Positions 28,203 to 30,351 of a stretch of DNA of 30,351 nucleotides are shown here, piece by piece. Position numbers and translations under genes: made by a program. The stretch spans positions 1-30,351 of the forward strand of contig JBLWVX010000018.1 of the NCBI GenBank assembly GCA_048268245.1, written 5' to 3'. Source of the DNA: Arcobacteraceae bacterium (GTDB taxonomy: Bacteria; Campylobacterota; Campylobacteria; Campylobacterales; Arcobacteraceae). Within the stretch, counting starts at the first letter, position 1. Each line of letters opens with the position of its first letter. The notes under the pieces were generated by a model that did not search any database, was not told where the DNA came from, and was given only the letters and a program-made list of their open reading frames with translations.

Positions 28203-28670
28203 CTAGGCAGTAACCTTATAGTAACTTGAATTTAAAAGTTTTATTAAATCTTGGGGTTTCACTTCTATATCTAAACCTCTTTTTCCACCACTTACAAAAA
28301 TAGTATCATAACTTTTAGCACTCTCATCAAGAACAGTTTTTAATCTTTTTTTCTGACCTAAAGGAGAAATTCCTCCAAGTAAATATCCTGTTACTTTTTG
28401 AGCTTCTTGCTTGTTTGCCATAACAGCTTTTTTAGCTTTAAAAGCATTTGCAACCTCTTTTAAATTTAGCTGCTTTGATACAGGAAGAACTGCAACAGTT
28501 AACTCTTTGGGAAAAAGTTCAACTAAAAGTGTTTTATAAACTTGGTTTTCATTAAAACCTAGTTTTTGGGCTGCTTCTTCTCCATAGTTTTCACAAGCTG
28601 GGTCGTGGTCGTACTTATGTATTTTAAATTCACATTTATTCTTTTTTAATAAATTAATTGCTGGTGTCAT
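28203..28670 (-). CDS. ybaK: Cys-tRNA(Pro) deacylase YbaK
   Basis: Motifs MTPAINLL, VYKTLL, TGYLLGGISPLGQKKRL and VSGGKRGLDIE. Confidence 0.95.
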   Translation of the reverse strand: MTPAINLLKKNKCEFKIHKYDHDPACENYGEEAAQKLGFNENQVYKTLLVELFPKELTVAVLPVSKQLNLKEVANAFKAKKAVMANKQEAQKVTGYLLGGISPLGQKKRLKTVLDESAKSYDTIFVSGGKRGLDIEVKPQDLIKLLNSSYYKVTA

Positions 28671-29739
28671 TTAAAACAAAACTCCTTTTTATTTTTTCTT
28701 CACCATTTAAAAGTATAGAGATAAAATGCTCTCCTAAATAGTGTTTTCTTGTAGTCAAATCTTTAAAACTTAGTTTTTTTGTAAAGCTTTTATTTCTCAC
28801 TTTATATTCATTTTGACTTATCATAAATACTTTTTTAGAACAAATACCATTTGCTTTTTTATAATATATAGCATATTCAATTCTTAAGTTTCCTAAAAAA
28901 TCATTACTTTCAAGTTTAAAAGAAAAATTAAATATACCTTCTTTTTTTACATAAGAATCATAATTAAAATCTGTTATGTTTATATGAGAAGATACTTCAT
29001 ATCCAAAAAGTTTTAGTATTTTAATATCACCTTTTTTAAGTAGTGTTCTACTTGCATGTTTACATATCCAATCTAAAGTTTTTGAAAATCCAAGATTTTT
29101 AGAAACAAACTCTATTACCATTTCTGGATTATCTTTTGATATATCATTTAAATTATTTGCAACACTTTTTTGAACATATTTACTTTTATCATTTTTAAGA
29201 AGCTCAATTATTTCTAAAACTTTTGAAGGATCATTTTTAAATCTAGGTAAAGCTACTGCCCATGGTAATCTAGGACGACACCCTTCACAAGAAAGCCTTC
29301 TTAAATGTTCATTTTCACTCTTTGCCCAAAGTCTCATTTGCTTTAAAGTTTCTTCTTCATATTTTAAAATAAATGCTCTTATAGCAAATTCACTACTACT
29401 ATCAATTGTAAAAACTTCTAAAGCCATCAAAGAGTTTTCCAAATCCTCTAAGCCAAAAACTTCCACAAAGTCTTGAAAAAACATAGCTTCAAAACCAGCA
29501 AAACTACGTGATGTTTGTTTTAAAACCTCTAATTGTTTTTCATAAGAGAAAGGCAAATGCTTATTTAAAGAAATAGCTATATGTCTCATTCTCTGTTTTA
29601 ATTCTAAGTTTTTCCAAGTTTGATTAAAAATAGAAGTTTCAAAAGCCTGTTTATCAAAATCTTTATAAAAAACTTCAATCTCTTTTGCTAAATTTTGTAT
29701 GTACTTATTAGTATATACATTTTTTAAAAGTTCTGCCAA
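28654..29739 (-). CDS. DNA alkylation repair protein (AlkD/YhaZ-like HEAT repeat)
   Basis: Motifs LELKQRMRHI, SSEFAIR.F, EHLRRLSCEGCRPRLPWA, YVQKSVANNLNDISKD.P and TTRKHY.GEH. TTG start. Confidence 0.88.
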   Translation of the reverse strand: MAELLKNVYTNKYIQNLAKEIEVFYKDFDKQAFETSIFNQTWKNLELKQRMRHIAISLNKHLPFSYEKQLEVLKQTSRSFAGFEAMFFQDFVEVFGLEDLENSLMALEVFTIDSSSEFAIRAFILKYEEETLKQMRLWAKSENEHLRRLSCEGCRPRLPWAVALPRFKNDPSKVLEIIELLKNDKSKYVQKSVANNLNDISKDNPEMVIEFVSKNLGFSKTLDWICKHASRTLLKKGDIKILKLFGYEVSSHINITDFNYDSYVKKEGIFNFSFKLESNDFLGNLRIEYAIYYKKANGICSKKVFMISQNEYKVRNKSFTKKLSFKDLTTRKHYLGEHFISILLNGEEKIKRSFVLNDTSN

Positions 29740-29749
29740 AATTTACTCT

Positions 29750-30055
29750 TTATTCACTAATTAAGATTAACTTTCCTGTTTTAGGGTCTTTATAAACTTG
29801 TCCTAAGGACTCATATCCCTTACTTGAGTTTTGATTGTTTTTTAAATCTTTTGGAATATTAGCTAACTCTTTGCCTTGTTTTATTTCTTGTTTTTGATCT
29901 ACATTAAAATGATCTTGTAAATTTGGATTTATAGCTACAAAGGCTGCTATTAAACCACAAGCAAAAACTAAAATAATATCAACTAAGTTTGCCAAAGGCC
30001 CTAAAGGTTCATCATCTTCTTTAGAAAAATGCTCACTTGAAAATCTACTTCTCAT
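29750..30055 (-). CDS. DUF2149 domain protein
   Basis: EPLGPLANLVDIILVFACGLI at the N-terminus and LGQVYKDPKTGKLI at the C-terminus. Confidence 0.88.
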   Translation of the reverse strand: MRSRFSSEHFSKEDDEPLGPLANLVDIILVFACGLIAAFVAINPNLQDHFNVDQKQEIKQGKELANIPKDLKNNQNSSKGYESLGQVYKDPKTGKLILISE

Positions 30056-30149
30056 TTTGGTTTTCCATAAGATTTAAAACATTATCATACCATCTTCTTC
30101 TTAGTCTTGCTATTACAAAACCAATCATTCCAGCTAATAAACCTAAAAC
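30045..30149 (-). pseudogene. 3' remnant of a MotA/TolQ/ExbB proton-channel family gene
   Basis: The minus strand reads VLGLLAGMIGFVIARLRRRWYDNVLNLMENQNEK*, with the stop overlapping the DUF2149 start. Upstream the frame runs into IS3 sequence. Not in the ORF track. Confidence 0.7.
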
Positions 30150-30351
30150 ATTGGAAGATATCAAACTCAATGGACACAATTTTAGTAACAGATGTTTTAA
30201 AAGATGCAATCTCTATATATGGTACTCCAGAGATTTTTAATTCAGACCAAGGTAGTCAATATACAAGCTATTATCATACTGATATTTTAAAGTAGAATAA
30301 TATAAAATGTCAATGAATAGAAAGAGCAGATCAATAGATTATATTACGATA
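30150..30351 (+). mobile_element. Degenerate IS3-family transposase (integrase core) fragment
   Basis: Reads WKISNSMDTILVTDVLKDAISIYGTPEIFNSDQGSQYTS, then an in-frame TAG at 30293-30295. After a frameshift near 30306 it continues MSMNRKSRSIDYITI, a decayed form of ISMxGKGRxxDN. Confidence 0.88.

Noticed and set aside
30037..30295. ORFs 30037-30240 and 30107-30295 as real genes
   Set aside because: Both are chimeric frames crossing the exbB-remnant/IS3 junction; only the part after about 30150 in the second frame is transposase-derived.

Overview
A very AT-rich 30.4 kb chromosomal segment. The ciaB gene, low GC and TGnTAAAAT-type promoters suggest Campylobacterota, probably Arcobacteraceae. 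Both ends look IS-damaged: a possible IS terminus at 1-81 and a decayed IS3 transposase at 30150-30351 that truncates a MotA/TolQ/ExbB-type gene. Recognisable genes include a DUF4197 protein, an MCP, LysR plus TauE/SafE, an MNT-HEPN toxin-antitoxin pair, htpG (with a CIRCE-like operator), DoxX, ciaB, a YbjT-like SDR, a split pqiA/letA pair with a 7-MCE letB, a truncated globin, a response regulator, a SagB-type oxidoreductase, a large NAD-glutamate dehydrogenase, ybaK, an AlkD-like repair protein and DUF2149. The most unusual region is 5266-14012, all on the minus strand. Here htpG is followed by an ERIC-like 141-bp palindromic element and a membrane-anchored protein with seven near-identical 43-aa TPR-like repeats. 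Further downstream is an intact stand-alone copy of the HtpG N-terminal domain. It lacks the catalytic Glu and the ATP lid and sits in an apparent operon with a GNAT acetyltransferase and a second 43-aa-repeat TPR protein. This is a candidate undescribed bacterial Hsp90 accessory or regulatory module; that interpretation is inference and untested. All family assignments come from motif recognition by eye, not from database searches.
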